From: Elainellaceae cyanobacterium
GTDB taxonomy: Bacteria; Cyanobacteriota; Cyanobacteriia; CAKZMO01
NCBI GenBank assembly: GCA_049647405.1
Contig: JBARXP010000334.1
Span: 30,412 to 94,411, forward strand
Direction of reading: 5' to 3'
Length of the DNA stretch: 64,000 bases
Positions 39,513-49,907 of this stretch are shown piece after piece. The notes under the pieces are model-generated. The model was not told the origin of the DNA and did not search any database. It worked only from the letters and a program-made list of their open reading frames with translations. How positions within the stretch are numbered: the stretch's first letter is position 1; every line of letters starts with the position of its first letter. The position numbers were made by a program, and so were the translations under genes.

Positions 39513-40094
39513 CTAGTGCAACACCGATAGAGTCACCGTCACAATATCTTCGAGTACAGCCCGATCAGGCGAGACCTTAGCCATCACACATAGCCCATTG
39601 GCACCGTTGACCAAATATCGAGCCAGTGCCCGCAGATCGGTTTGGTGCTGAAGTTCTCCTTTTTTCTTGGCTCGTAACAACGTCCGATAAAACGCGTCTT
39701 CTAGGGCCGCCATGTGAGCCGCAACTTTGCCTGCGGCTTCATCATCATGGATGGCTAGTTCGACCGTGACGTTTACCATCAAGCATCCCTGATAGCCGCG
39801 ATCGCTACACCATGTGGTGACCAACCCGGCAAAAAAGCGGCGGATGGCCTCAACCCCATCATCTGATTTAAGCAGCGACTTTAAGCGCAGGCTAACGAGT
39901 TGGTCTCGATAATGATCGAGAGCCGTCAAAAATAGAGAGTGCTTATCACCAAAGGTGTCATATAGGCTGCCTCGGTTAATCTGCATACGATTAACGAGTT
40001 CTTGAACAGATGCTGCTTCGTATCCTTTTTCCCAAAACACATCCATCGCTCGTTCGAGCACGGTGTTGCGCTCAAATTCTTTATGTCGTCCCAT
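39513..40094 (-). CDS. TetR/AcrR family transcriptional regulator
   Basis: N-terminal TetR HTH (GYEAASVQELVNRMQINRGSLYDTF) and a helical ligand-binding C-terminal domain. Confidence 0.85.
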   Translation of the reverse strand: MGRHKEFERNTVLERAMDVFWEKGYEAASVQELVNRMQINRGSLYDTFGDKHSLFLTALDHYRDQLVSLRLKSLLKSDDGVEAIRRFFAGLVTTWCSDRGYQGCLMVNVTVELAIHDDEAAGKVAAHMAALEDAFYRTLLRAKKKGELQHQTDLRALARYLVNGANGLCVMAKVSPDRAVLEDIVTVTLSVLH

Positions 40095-40504
40095 GAATCT
40101 TCTGAAATGGCATTAGGCAAACGGGTTCACGTTGAGACATGGATCTCTAAGGAGTCTCAATATTCCCACAGATACGTCAAGACCGGGCAATGCAGCCAGC
40201 CTGCACCAGCCCGACTCGGAGAATTATCCTTAAAAACTGTGCCGATAAAAACTGTGCCGATTATCTGCCTGTCTCAGACTTCGAGAGCAAACAGTTCTTT
40301 CTAGCTTTAGCTTAACGAGTCGAGCATCAGGATGCTGATTTTTTTGTGTTCAAAATTCGTAAAGTTTTGCCCCTGCATAAGTCAAGACTTGTAGAGATGA
40401 TTGAGAAATTTCTCCAATCAGCGATTGAGATAGCCTCAAGGTTTTAGGATTTAAGGAATGTGCTTGCCGCACTCCTCCTACCCTAGAACACAGACTCAGA
40501 CCGT

Positions 40505-41317
40505 ATGAAATCTTATCTTGCTGCTGCGATCCAAATGAACAGTTCTCCTGACCTCGAAAAAAATCTGAGTCAGGCAGAAGACTTAATTGAATTAGCAATA
40601 CGACGCGGTGCTGAATTCATTTGTCTACCCGAAAATTTTTCATTTATGGGGGATGACACGCTCAAAATCAGTCAGGCTGAGCACATTGCTACGAGCAGCC
40701 GGAAGTTTTTGATCACGATGGCACAGCGCTATCAGGTGATGTTGCTCGGAGGCGGATTTCCGGTGCCTACCGATGGTGACAAGGTCTTAAACACGGCTCT
40801 GCTGGTGAATCCCAGTGGAGAAATCGTGGCTCAATATACCAAGGTTCACCTATTTGACGTTAATTTGCCCGATGGCAATACTTACCGAGAGTCTAATACC
40901 GTTTTAGCGGGTCAGGTTCTCCCTCCGGTGTATGACTCTGATCGGTTAGGTCATCTGGGGGTGTCTGTGTGCTACGACGTTCGGTTTCCTGAGCTTTATC
41001 GTCATTTGGCCTACAAAGGAGCCGAGGTGCTGATTGTGCCCGCCGCATTTACAGCGTTTACAGGAAAAGATCATTGGCAGGTGCTGCTTCAGGCAAGGGC
41101 GATTGAAAATACCTGCTATGTGATTGCCCCAGCCCAAACGGGGCGACATTATGAGCGGCGACAATCTCACGGGCACGCCATGATTATTGATCCGTGGGGC
41201 ATGATTTTATCTGATGCGGGCGTAGAGGTCGGCGTGGCGATCGCCTCCATTGAACCATCGCGTCTAACCCAGGTGAGGCAACAGATGCCGTCTCTCCAAC
41301 ATCGTGTCTTTGTTTAG
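40505..41317 (+). CDS. Carbon-nitrogen hydrolase (nitrilase superfamily, Nit/omega-amidase-like)
   Basis: 270 aa with the E-K-C catalytic triad context (ICLPENF; VHLFD; VCYDVRFPE). Confidence 0.8.
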   Translation: MKSYLAAAIQMNSSPDLEKNLSQAEDLIELAIRRGAEFICLPENFSFMGDDTLKISQAEHIATSSRKFLITMAQRYQVMLLGGGFPVPTDGDKVLNTALLVNPSGEIVAQYTKVHLFDVNLPDGNTYRESNTVLAGQVLPPVYDSDRLGHLGVSVCYDVRFPELYRHLAYKGAEVLIVPAAFTAFTGKDHWQVLLQARAIENTCYVIAPAQTGRHYERRQSHGHAMIIDPWGMILSDAGVEVGVAIASIEPSRLTQVRQQMPSLQHRVFV

Positions 41318-41470
41318 CTTTTTTGCTGTACTGAGACCTGTTTCGGCGTTAGCCCATTGGTCAATCACTCAATCTTCACTCTTCGCCATGACTCACGCTT
41401 CATGTAGCCAATCAACCGTTTTGGGCAAAAAACATGTTGTAGAGTAGACGCAACGAGTTCTGTCGAGTGC

Positions 41471-42973
41471 ATGGTTCATTTCACAAATCTAGTAACCGCT
41501 AACCCTGCGATATGGCTTGCTTCGCCTTATAAAGCATCCATGCAGCCGCTTCTGGCGACTGCATCAGAAGCCGAGAAAGGATCGTTCGTTCTCGCGGGCG
41601 TCTTAGTAAGTCTTATCGTTATCTATGTATCAGCCAAACTTTTTGGGGAGCTTTGCGCCCGCATTAATTTACCTCCGGTTTTAGGTGAATTGATTGGGGG
41701 TGTCGTGGTCGGCGTTTCAGTCTTGAGGCTGATCGTTTTTCCCGAAAACCTCGGAGAAGATGCTGACTCTATCATTATCAGTTTCTTACAAGCCACTGCT
41801 GGGCTAGACCCCGAAATTTCGACTTCGGTGTTTGAAGCTCAAAGTGAGGTCATCTCCGTCTTATCCGAATTAGGGGTGATTTTGCTCCTATTTGAGATCG
41901 GCTTAGAGTCTGACTTAAAGGATCTGATTCGAGTGGGGCCTCAAGCCGTCGTTGTCGCAACGGTTGGAGTCGTGGCTCCCTTTGTGTTGGGAACTGTGGG
42001 ACTAATCGCCTTGTTTCACGTCGCGACCATTCCTGCGGTATTTGCGGGGGCGGCTCTAACTGCGACCAGCATCGGTATTACCGCGAAAGTATTAGCTGAA
42101 ATGCAGAAGCTCAGCACCAAGGAGGGCCAGATTATTATCGGTGCGGCTGTCCTTGATGATGTGTTGGGCATCATTGTCTTGGCCGTGGTGGCTAGCTTGG
42201 CTAAGACCGGAGAAATCGACGTACTCAACATTGTGTATTTGATCGGGGGCGCGGCCACATTTTTAATTGGCTCGATTCTGATTGGTCGCTTGATCTCTCC
42301 CTACTTTGTGGCGTTAGTCAACCGCATGGAAACCCGTGGTGAGCTGATTTTATCGTCACTGGTGTTTGCCTTTGTGCTGTCTTATATTGCAGCTGCGATT
42401 CAGCTTGAGGCGATTTTAGGTGCGTTTGCCGCCGGGTTGATTTTGGCTGAAACCGAGAAGCGGAAGGAATTAGAAGAGCAAGTCGTTCCGATCGCTGACA
42501 TGTTTGTCCCCATTTTCTTTGTGGTGGTGGGCGCTGGAACCGATTTGAGTGTGCTTAATCCAGCCGTTCCTAGCAATCGAGAAGGGCTGGTTATGGCTCT
42601 GTTTTTGATTGCGATCGCCATTGTGGGTAAGGTCATCACAGGCTTTACTGTGTTCGGGCAAGGCCAAATCAATCGATTGGCGATCGGCGTTGGCATGGTG
42701 CCACGGGGTGAAGTCGGCCTGGTATTTGCCGGGGTGGGTTCGGCCAGTGGAGTGCTCTCTGAATCGCTAGAAGCCGCCATTATTGTCATGGTCATTATGA
42801 CGACGTTCTTGGCTCCGCCCATGTTGCGAATCGTGTTTGAGGAGAAAGGCGAGGAAGTTGCCGATTTGGGTTCACCTTCCTTAGAAAGCGCAGGCGGACA
42901 ACCGATAGACTCCAGCAGCTCAGATAGCGCTGAAGGAGATGCGGTTGAGTCTGTGAAGGAATCGTCTCACTAG
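41471..42973 (+). CDS. Monovalent cation:proton antiporter (CPA2/Kef-NapA type)
   Basis: About 12 TM helices with Na_H exchanger family features and a hydrophilic Ser-rich C-terminal tail. Confidence 0.75.
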   Translation: MVHFTNLVTANPAIWLASPYKASMQPLLATASEAEKGSFVLAGVLVSLIVIYVSAKLFGELCARINLPPVLGELIGGVVVGVSVLRLIVFPENLGEDADSIIISFLQATAGLDPEISTSVFEAQSEVISVLSELGVILLLFEIGLESDLKDLIRVGPQAVVVATVGVVAPFVLGTVGLIALFHVATIPAVFAGAALTATSIGITAKVLAEMQKLSTKEGQIIIGAAVLDDVLGIIVLAVVASLAKTGEIDVLNIVYLIGGAATFLIGSILIGRLISPYFVALVNRMETRGELILSSLVFAFVLSYIAAAIQLEAILGAFAAGLILAETEKRKELEEQVVPIADMFVPIFFVVVGAGTDLSVLNPAVPSNREGLVMALFLIAIAIVGKVITGFTVFGQGQINRLAIGVGMVPRGEVGLVFAGVGSASGVLSESLEAAIIVMVIMTTFLAPPMLRIVFEEKGEEVADLGSPSLESAGGQPIDSSSSDSAEGDAVESVKESSH

Positions 42974-43109
42974 CCTCAGGGGCAAAGGAACGGAATCTTA
43001 CCTATCGACAGGCTGAGGTGGTCAGGCTATGGTGATGGCTACCCTGGTTCGTTTAGATGTGTTTCGCTCCCACCCACATGCACATCCCTTTTGAACACAT
43101 ATAGCCGCA

Positions 43110-44030
43110 ATGACAGGTTCTTCTATTCCGTCGGGGCGATCGCCCCGTTTTTCGGGGGCGCAATCGATTGACGATTCTGATTGCCCCATCGGTGTTTTTG
43201 ACAGTGGCGTTGGCGGGCTGACGGTGCTTAAGGCGATCGCCCAACGATTGCCTCAAGAATCGCTCCTCTACTTTGGAGACACGGCTCGACTGCCCTACGG
43301 GACGCGATCGCAGGCCGAAATCATCCAATTTGTCCGCGAAATTTTGGATTGGATGACCCATCACCGCACCAAGATGGTCGTGATGGCGTGCAACACCAGC
43401 TCTGCCCTGGCGCTAGACTACGTGCGGGCGGAGTACAAGATTCCAATCTTAGGTGTGATTTTGCCAGCGGCTCGGGTTGCTGTCACCACAGGCCAGCGGG
43501 TCGGTGTCATTGCAACTCAAGCGACCGCTTCTAGCCGAGCCTACACCCAAGCGATGCAGGAAATCGTCCCTGCGACTCAGGTGTGGGAAGTGGGCTGTCC
43601 CGAATTCGTTCCTCTGATCGAGCAGAACCGAATTCACGACCCCGAAACCCGTGCAGTGGTGACTCGCTATGTCGAGCAGCTGCTGAGCTATCAGATTGAT
43701 ACGCTCATCTACGGCTGTACTCACTATCCTCATCTGAAGCCCATCGTAGACACCATTCTTCCGTCTACGGTGCGTCAGGTTGACCCAGCCAGTCATGCAG
43801 CCGAAGCTGTCGCAAAAGAGCTACAGCTCATGAGCCTGGGCAGCACAACCGTTCAACGAACCGTTCGATTTGGCGTCAGCGATCGCCCAGATCGGTTTGC
43901 GGCTCTAGCCCAGCAGTGGTTAGGATATGCACCTGAGGTCGAAGAAATTGACTTGTGCTCTAGCGAGTCTGCTACCTCAGCTCTCTTTCCCTCGCCGGGG
44001 CTTCCGGTGGAGCATTTCCCTGTAGGATAA
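43110..44030 (+). CDS. murI: Glutamate racemase
   Basis: Motifs VFDSGVGGLTV, MACNTSS and YGCTHYP are present. Confidence 0.85.
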   Translation: MTGSSIPSGRSPRFSGAQSIDDSDCPIGVFDSGVGGLTVLKAIAQRLPQESLLYFGDTARLPYGTRSQAEIIQFVREILDWMTHHRTKMVVMACNTSSALALDYVRAEYKIPILGVILPAARVAVTTGQRVGVIATQATASSRAYTQAMQEIVPATQVWEVGCPEFVPLIEQNRIHDPETRAVVTRYVEQLLSYQIDTLIYGCTHYPHLKPIVDTILPSTVRQVDPASHAAEAVAKELQLMSLGSTTVQRTVRFGVSDRPDRFAALAQQWLGYAPEVEEIDLCSSESATSALFPSPGLPVEHFPVG

Positions 44031-44062
44031 TGACTGCGGTTATCTAGCGGGAACTCTCAACC

Positions 44063-44692
44063 ATGGCACTGCAGAACTTTCAAGTGTTTGAGCAGGATTT
44101 GTCAACAGAAGCCCTTGAACTCTACTCCTCTGCCGAGGCGATCGCCATTGACACCGAAACGATGGGACTGGTGCCCCAGCGCGATCGCCTCTGTCTGATT
44201 CAGCTCTGTGATCCTGAGGGTCGTGTCTCTGCCATTCGCGTTAGCCCAGGGCAGTCAGAAGCTCCAAATCTCAAACAACTGGTTGAGACTCCAACCATCG
44301 AAAAAATCTTCCACTATGCTCGGTTTGACGTGACAGCCCTGCGCTATCACCTCGGTATCGAAACATATCCTATTTTCTGCACTAAAATTGCCAGCAAACT
44401 TGCTCGTACCTACAGCCCTCGGCACGGGCTAAAAGTGCTGGTGCAAGAGCTGGAAAACATCGAACTGGATAAAAGTGCCCAAAGCTCAGATTGGGGGGAT
44501 GTCGGGCAACTATCGAGCGAACAGCTTGCCTACGCGGCCAACGATGTTCGCTATCTCAACGCCCTGAAGCTCAAACTTACAGCCATGCTGCAACGAGAAG
44601 GTCGATGGGAAGTTGCCCAGTCATGTTTTGAGTGCCTTCCCACGATCGTCACCCTCGATTTGATGCATTATTCCAACATATTTGAGCACTAG
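44063..44692 (+). CDS. 3'-5' exonuclease domain protein (RNase D-like, DEDDy)
   Basis: Exo I motif AIDTETMGL, plus Exo II and Exo III (YAANDVRYL). Confidence 0.75.
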   Translation: MALQNFQVFEQDLSTEALELYSSAEAIAIDTETMGLVPQRDRLCLIQLCDPEGRVSAIRVSPGQSEAPNLKQLVETPTIEKIFHYARFDVTALRYHLGIETYPIFCTKIASKLARTYSPRHGLKVLVQELENIELDKSAQSSDWGDVGQLSSEQLAYAANDVRYLNALKLKLTAMLQREGRWEVAQSCFECLPTIVTLDLMHYSNIFEH

Positions 44693-44914
44693 TGAGCATT
44701 AGACCCCTGAGAATTGAATCTAAGCCCTTGTTCTGTATCCCTTTCTGTATCTGTTGATGGGCATCTATAGCAGCCCGTATGTTATCTCTGAGGGGGAGTC
44801 AGAAATTCGGCGGATAAAAATCATCGTGATTTCTCACAACGGGTTACCATTATTTCTTGGGCATGTACCAGAATACGTACATTCCCTTATGCCTACTAAT
44901 TAATTGTCGTTGAG

Positions 44915-45916
44915 GTGACTAGAGAGCGTCCTATGGCAGAAACATTCATGTTTAACGCCTTGCGAGAGGCCATTGATGAAGAAATGGGACGCGATCCGAC
45001 CGTTTTCGTCATGGGTGAAGACGTAGGAGTTTATGGCGGTTCTTACAAGGTCACCAAAGATCTGTACAACAAGTATGGTGAGCTGCGAGTGCTCGACACA
45101 CCCATTGCAGAAAATAGCTTTACAGGCATCGCGGTGGGTGCAGCTATGACAGGTTTGCGCCCCATCATTGAAGGCATGAACATGGGTTTCTTGCTGCTTG
45201 CCTTCAATCAGATCGCCAACAATGCAGGTATGTTGCGCTACACCTCAGGCGGCAACTTCAAGATTCCGATGGTGATTCGAGGCCCTGGCGGTGTCGGACG
45301 CCAGCTCGGAGCCGAACATTCCCAGCGTCTGGAAGCCTATTTTCAGGGTGTGCCAGGTCTCAAGCTCGTGGCTTGCTCAACCGCCTACAATGCCAAGGGT
45401 TTGCTCAAGTCAGCCATTCGCGACGATAATCCGGTACTTTTCTTTGAGCATGTGCTGCTCTACAACCTCAAAGAAAACTTGCCTGAGGAAGAATATTACT
45501 TACCCCTCGACAAGGCTGAAGTCGTCCGAGAAGGTAAAGATGTCACACTTCTCACTTACTCTCGGATGCGCCATCACTGCACTCAGGCAGCAAAGACTCT
45601 TGTCAAAGAAGGGTTTGATCCAGAAATTATTGACCTGATTTCCCTTAAACCTCTCGATTTTGAGACCATCGGCGAGTCTATCTGCAAAACCCATAAAGTC
45701 ATCATTGTTGAAGAATGTATGAGGTCTGGCGGCATTGGTGCTGAGCTGACCGCTTCCATCAACGATCGCTTCTTTGACGAACTAGATGCGCCCGTGATGC
45801 GTCTGGCCTCACAGGATATCCCGACTCCCTACAACGGCATGTTGGAAAGTCTCACCATTGTGCAGCCTCAGAAGATTATTGAAGCCGTGCAAGCAATGGT
45901 GGCGCTGAAAGTTTAG
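44915..45916 (+). CDS. pdhB: Pyruvate dehydrogenase E1 component beta subunit
   Basis: Transketolase-like pyrimidine-binding and C-terminal domains; typical PdhB sequence ([20 protein letters not shown]...). Confidence 0.9.
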   Translation: MTRERPMAETFMFNALREAIDEEMGRDPTVFVMGEDVGVYGGSYKVTKDLYNKYGELRVLDTPIAENSFTGIAVGAAMTGLRPIIEGMNMGFLLLAFNQIANNAGMLRYTSGGNFKIPMVIRGPGGVGRQLGAEHSQRLEAYFQGVPGLKLVACSTAYNAKGLLKSAIRDDNPVLFFEHVLLYNLKENLPEEEYYLPLDKAEVVREGKDVTLLTYSRMRHHCTQAAKTLVKEGFDPEIIDLISLKPLDFETIGESICKTHKVIIVEECMRSGGIGAELTASINDRFFDELDAPVMRLASQDIPTPYNGMLESLTIVQPQKIIEAVQAMVALKV

Positions 45917-46116
45917 GTCAGCCGACTCAGCTCAGATGTTAATGGTGCATCTAATGCATCTAAAGAGAGATTGATCCGCAAAAGCCATCGCCCGGTCGGG
46001 TGATGATCGGGTGATGGCTCAGTACGAAGGCGATATGGGCTACGCCCAGGCAAGCCAACGCCGCTCAAACTCGTTAGTCTAGAAGAGAAGGGGTATTACG
46101 AGCGCCAAAATCTTCT

Positions 46117-47484
46117 ATGGACATTCCACTTGTGGGTAAAAATCGTCGTCCTCTCCCTTGGATCATTGGGATCGTTGCGGTGGTTTTGGTCGGTGGAGGA
46201 GCGATGACTGCACTGATCGTGAGCCGCCAACGCCTGAGCCAAGTCGATGTGGAGGCGTTAACTGTTTCTGTTGAAGCCCAGCCCTTAGAGGTGCGCATCA
46301 CGGCCAGTGGTTCTGTTGAATCAGCCGATTCGGTGAATCTCAGTCCTCGCAATTCTGATGTGCTAGCTGAGCTTTATGTAGAGCAGGGCGATCGCGTTCA
46401 GCAAGGCCAAGTGATTGCCCGCATGAAAAGCGACGACGCTGAGGCAGAGGTTGCCCGAGTCCGGGCACAGGTGGAGCAAGCTCAAGCCCAGCTAGCCGCC
46501 GTGCGTCGGGGCAATCGTCCAGAGGCGATCGCCCAAGCCGAGGCACAGGTCGCCCAGGCAGAAGCGAGGGTCGAAGATGCAGCCGCACGAGTCGAGCTGG
46601 CCCGCAATCGTCTAGAGCGCAACCGTGAGTTGCAGGAAGGCGGCGTCATTTCTCTCGATGAGTTAGGAGACTATGTCAGCGAAGCTGACCGCGCCCAGGC
46701 CACGTTAGAGCAGCAGCAGCAGGCTTTGCGCGAAGCCCAAGAAGCCTTTGACCTGCAAGAGCGCGGCAGTCGAGTCGAAGACATTGCTGAATCAGAGGCT
46801 CGGCTAAGGGAGGCGATCGCCAACCTGCGAGCCAGTCAGGTGCGGCTTGAAGACACCTATGTTCGGGCTCCCTTTACTGGCATCATTACTCAAAAATTTG
46901 CGACCGAGGGGGCGTTTGTCACCCCGACCACGTCTGCCTCTGAAGCTTCTTCCGCCAGCTCATCGGCCATTGTGGCGATCGCCAGTGGCGTAGAAGTGGT
47001 TGCTGAAGTGCCTGAGGTAGACATCAGTTCGATTTATCCCGACCAGTCGGTTGAGGTTACGGCAGATGCCTATCCGGACCAGGTCTTCGAAGGTCGAGTA
47101 AAGCGGATTGCGCCCCAGGCGATTGTCGATCCGAGTCGAGGCGACTTTGTCTATTTCGAAGTCGTAGTTGAACTGGTGACCGGACTGGAGCAACTGCGTG
47201 CGGGCATGAAAACAGATGTCATCTTTATTGGTGACGAACTGCAAGAAGCACTGGTCGTGCCAACGGTGGCGATCGTCAGTCAAGACGGGCAGCAGGGCGT
47301 TTTGGTGCCCGGAACCAATGACCGTCCTCGCTTTCGTCCTGTGACATTGGGGCCACAGGTTGCCGACCAAATCCAGATTCTCGAAGGTGTCGAAACAGGC
47401 GATCGCATTTTCGTGGAGCTACCCCCAGGTCAAACATTGGAGAACCTCACCTTCGGACGCCAAAACAATGAAGACGGCGAATAG
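46117..47484 (+). CDS. devB: HlyD-family periplasmic adaptor (DevB-like membrane fusion protein)
   Basis: N-terminal TM anchor, a long coiled-coil region and lipoyl/beta-barrel motifs. It is followed by FtsX-type permease and ABC ATPase genes. Confidence 0.75.
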   Translation: MDIPLVGKNRRPLPWIIGIVAVVLVGGGAMTALIVSRQRLSQVDVEALTVSVEAQPLEVRITASGSVESADSVNLSPRNSDVLAELYVEQGDRVQQGQVIARMKSDDAEAEVARVRAQVEQAQAQLAAVRRGNRPEAIAQAEAQVAQAEARVEDAAARVELARNRLERNRELQEGGVISLDELGDYVSEADRAQATLEQQQQALREAQEAFDLQERGSRVEDIAESEARLREAIANLRASQVRLEDTYVRAPFTGIITQKFATEGAFVTPTTSASEASSASSSAIVAIASGVEVVAEVPEVDISSIYPDQSVEVTADAYPDQVFEGRVKRIAPQAIVDPSRGDFVYFEVVVELVTGLEQLRAGMKTDVIFIGDELQEALVVPTVAIVSQDGQQGVLVPGTNDRPRFRPVTLGPQVADQIQILEGVETGDRIFVELPPGQTLENLTFGRQNNEDGE

Positions 47485-47614
47485 CCGAATAGCAAAATTG
47501 CGGCGGTCTAGAGACGAGGCTCAAAATGTCCATCTAGAATCGTCGTAAACATTCCATCACCCTTCATGTTCAAGGCTGATACGCTCCTCTTCACTCAACA
47601 CTCATTACCCCGTC

Positions 47615-48832
47615 ATGGATTTTCTTGAAAGTTTAAAGATGGCTGTCAAAACCCTCACCGCCAGCAAGCTGCGGTCGGGATTGACCATGTTGGGAATCAT
47701 TATCGGTAATGCCTCGGTCATCACCATGGTAGGAGTAGGCGAAGGCGCACAACGCTACGTGTCTGAACAAATTGAAGGCTTAGGCCCCAACGTGCTGTTT
47801 GTGGTGCCCGGTTCGCAAGAAACCCAGCGTGCCACCTTCAACGTGCCCAAGACTTTGGTGCTAGCCGATGCAGAGGCGATCGCCGAGCAGGTTGCCTCCG
47901 TGAGCCAAGTTGCTCCTGAATACAACGACCGAGGGCTGATCACGCGAGGCAACCGCACCTCCAACGCCACCATCGTCGGCACCACTTCTGGATTTCTCTC
48001 CGTCCGAAATTTTGAGATGCAGCAGGGACGATTTTTCTCGCCCCTCGACATGCGTCGCAGCAATCCGGTTGTGGTGCTCGGGCCTGAGTTGGCTCAACAA
48101 TTGATGGACAACCGCAACCCCATTGGCCAATCCATTCGCATCAAAAATGTCAGCTTTCAGGTGATTGGCGTCTTGGACGAAAAAGGTTCCAGTCTGGGAC
48201 TGAACTACGACGATGCCGTGATTGTGCCCCTCACCACCATGTCTAATCGACTCGTAGGCCGCACGTCGCCCTATGGAGTGGAGCTGACTTACATCAGTGT
48301 TTCTGTTGAAAGTGAAGATCAGATGCAGGCCGCCGAATTTCAAATCTCTAACCTGCTGCGTCTGCGCCACAAGATTGTGGGAGAAGATGACTTCACGGTT
48401 AACAGTCAGCAAGACCTACTCGAAATTACCGGAACCATCACGGGGGCACTAACGATTATGCTGGCGGCGATCGCAGGCATTTCACTGCTGGTCGGCGGCA
48501 TTGGAATTATGAATATCATGCTGGTGTCTGTGCGAGAGCGCACCCAAGAGATCGGCCTCCGCAAGGCGATCGGTGCTTCTCAACAAGATATTTTGCTCCA
48601 GTTTATGATTGAGGCGGTGATTCTGGCGGCATCGGGAGGCGTCATCGGTACAGCTGTAGGCGTTGGAGGTGCGCTGCTGATTGGCGTCGTCACACCGTTC
48701 CAGCCAGGAATTTCGCTCGCAGCCGTTGGCGTAGCGGTCGTGGTTTCAGGTGGTATCGGCCTATTTTTTGGGGTTGTGCCCGCTCGTCAGGCAGCAAAAC
48801 TCGACCCCATCGTCGCGCTCCGCAGTGCGTAA
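47615..48832 (+). CDS. devC: ABC transporter permease, MacB/FtsX type (DevC-like)
   Basis: MacB_PCD periplasmic domain between TM1 and TM2, then a C-terminal FtsX 3-TM bundle. Confidence 0.8.
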   Translation: MDFLESLKMAVKTLTASKLRSGLTMLGIIIGNASVITMVGVGEGAQRYVSEQIEGLGPNVLFVVPGSQETQRATFNVPKTLVLADAEAIAEQVASVSQVAPEYNDRGLITRGNRTSNATIVGTTSGFLSVRNFEMQQGRFFSPLDMRRSNPVVVLGPELAQQLMDNRNPIGQSIRIKNVSFQVIGVLDEKGSSLGLNYDDAVIVPLTTMSNRLVGRTSPYGVELTYISVSVESEDQMQAAEFQISNLLRLRHKIVGEDDFTVNSQQDLLEITGTITGALTIMLAAIAGISLLVGGIGIMNIMLVSVRERTQEIGLRKAIGASQQDILLQFMIEAVILAASGGVIGTAVGVGGALLIGVVTPFQPGISLAAVGVAVVVSGGIGLFFGVVPARQAAKLDPIVALRSA

Positions 48833-48875
48833 GCGGCTACAACTCCATGTCCTTTCATCCTGAATCGTCTTCACT

Positions 48876-49595
48876 ATGACCCAAGTCATCATTCGTCTAG
48901 AGCAGATCTCAAAAATCTATGGCGAGGGCAATACGGAAGTTCGGGCATTGTCTGAGGTGTCCCTAGTGGTCGAGTCAGGCGAATATTGCGCCATCATGGG
49001 GCCATCGGGTTCGGGCAAGTCAACGGTGATGAATGTCATCGGCTGCCTCGATCGCCCCACCGCAGGGCGCTACTACCTAGACGACGTAGATGTCGCAGGG
49101 CTAGACGATACAGAACTGGCTCACATTCGCAACCGAAAAATCGGCTTTGTGTTCCAGCAGTTTCACCTGCTGCCCCAGCTCACAGCGCTGGAAAACGTGA
49201 TGCTGCCGATGGTCTATGCCGGAGTATCTAGTGGCGAACGGCAAGAAAGATCGGCAGAGGCTCTCAATCGTGTCGGACTAGGCAATCGACTGCAAAATCG
49301 CCCTAATCAACTCTCTGGAGGGCAGCAACAACGGGTGGCGATCGCCCGCGCCATCGTCAATCGGCCCGTACTTCTCCTCGCTGACGAGCCGACAGGAGCA
49401 CTCGACTCCCAAACCACAAAAGAAGTCATGGCAATTTTTGAAGAACTCAATACTAGCGGCATGACGGTGGTGATGGTTACCCATGAGCCTGATGTGGCTC
49501 GCCTCACCCATCGCATCGTATGGTTCCGAGATGGCGAAGTGCTGCACGACAACCTCGCCCCAGAATCACTAGGAGAAGTTGCCGTTTTCAGCTAG
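48876..49595 (+). CDS. devA: ABC transporter ATP-binding protein (DevA/MacB-ATPase-like)
   Basis: Walker A GPSGSGKST, signature LSGGQQQRVAIARA and Walker B LLLADEPT. Confidence 0.85.
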   Translation: MTQVIIRLEQISKIYGEGNTEVRALSEVSLVVESGEYCAIMGPSGSGKSTVMNVIGCLDRPTAGRYYLDDVDVAGLDDTELAHIRNRKIGFVFQQFHLLPQLTALENVMLPMVYAGVSSGERQERSAEALNRVGLGNRLQNRPNQLSGGQQQRVAIARAIVNRPVLLLADEPTGALDSQTTKEVMAIFEELNTSGMTVVMVTHEPDVARLTHRIVWFRDGEVLHDNLAPESLGEVAVFS

Positions 49596-49907
49596 ACGCG
49601 CCTTGACAATCAGGTGTTGACAAATAGGTCTTCTAGAACTAACACCCACTCTGTTCTCTTAGTACAGAATTTGTAGCCTTTGCAATACCTGAATATTTAA
49701 ACTTCTTGAACATTAAGGCGTTGAAGAGTAGAGAGGCTGAGTGTCTTCTGATTTCCAAGGCTAGATTGAAGGACTGTTGTTGCCAAAACCCAGAACTGCC
49801 ACTGGTCAAGGTCTGTAGGGTCAACGGTTTCTGGATCTTTATGATTTAGTAAACAAAACACATAAACATCTGCTATTCGCGTTGGAGCGGATGAAAATTT
49901 ATGAGGA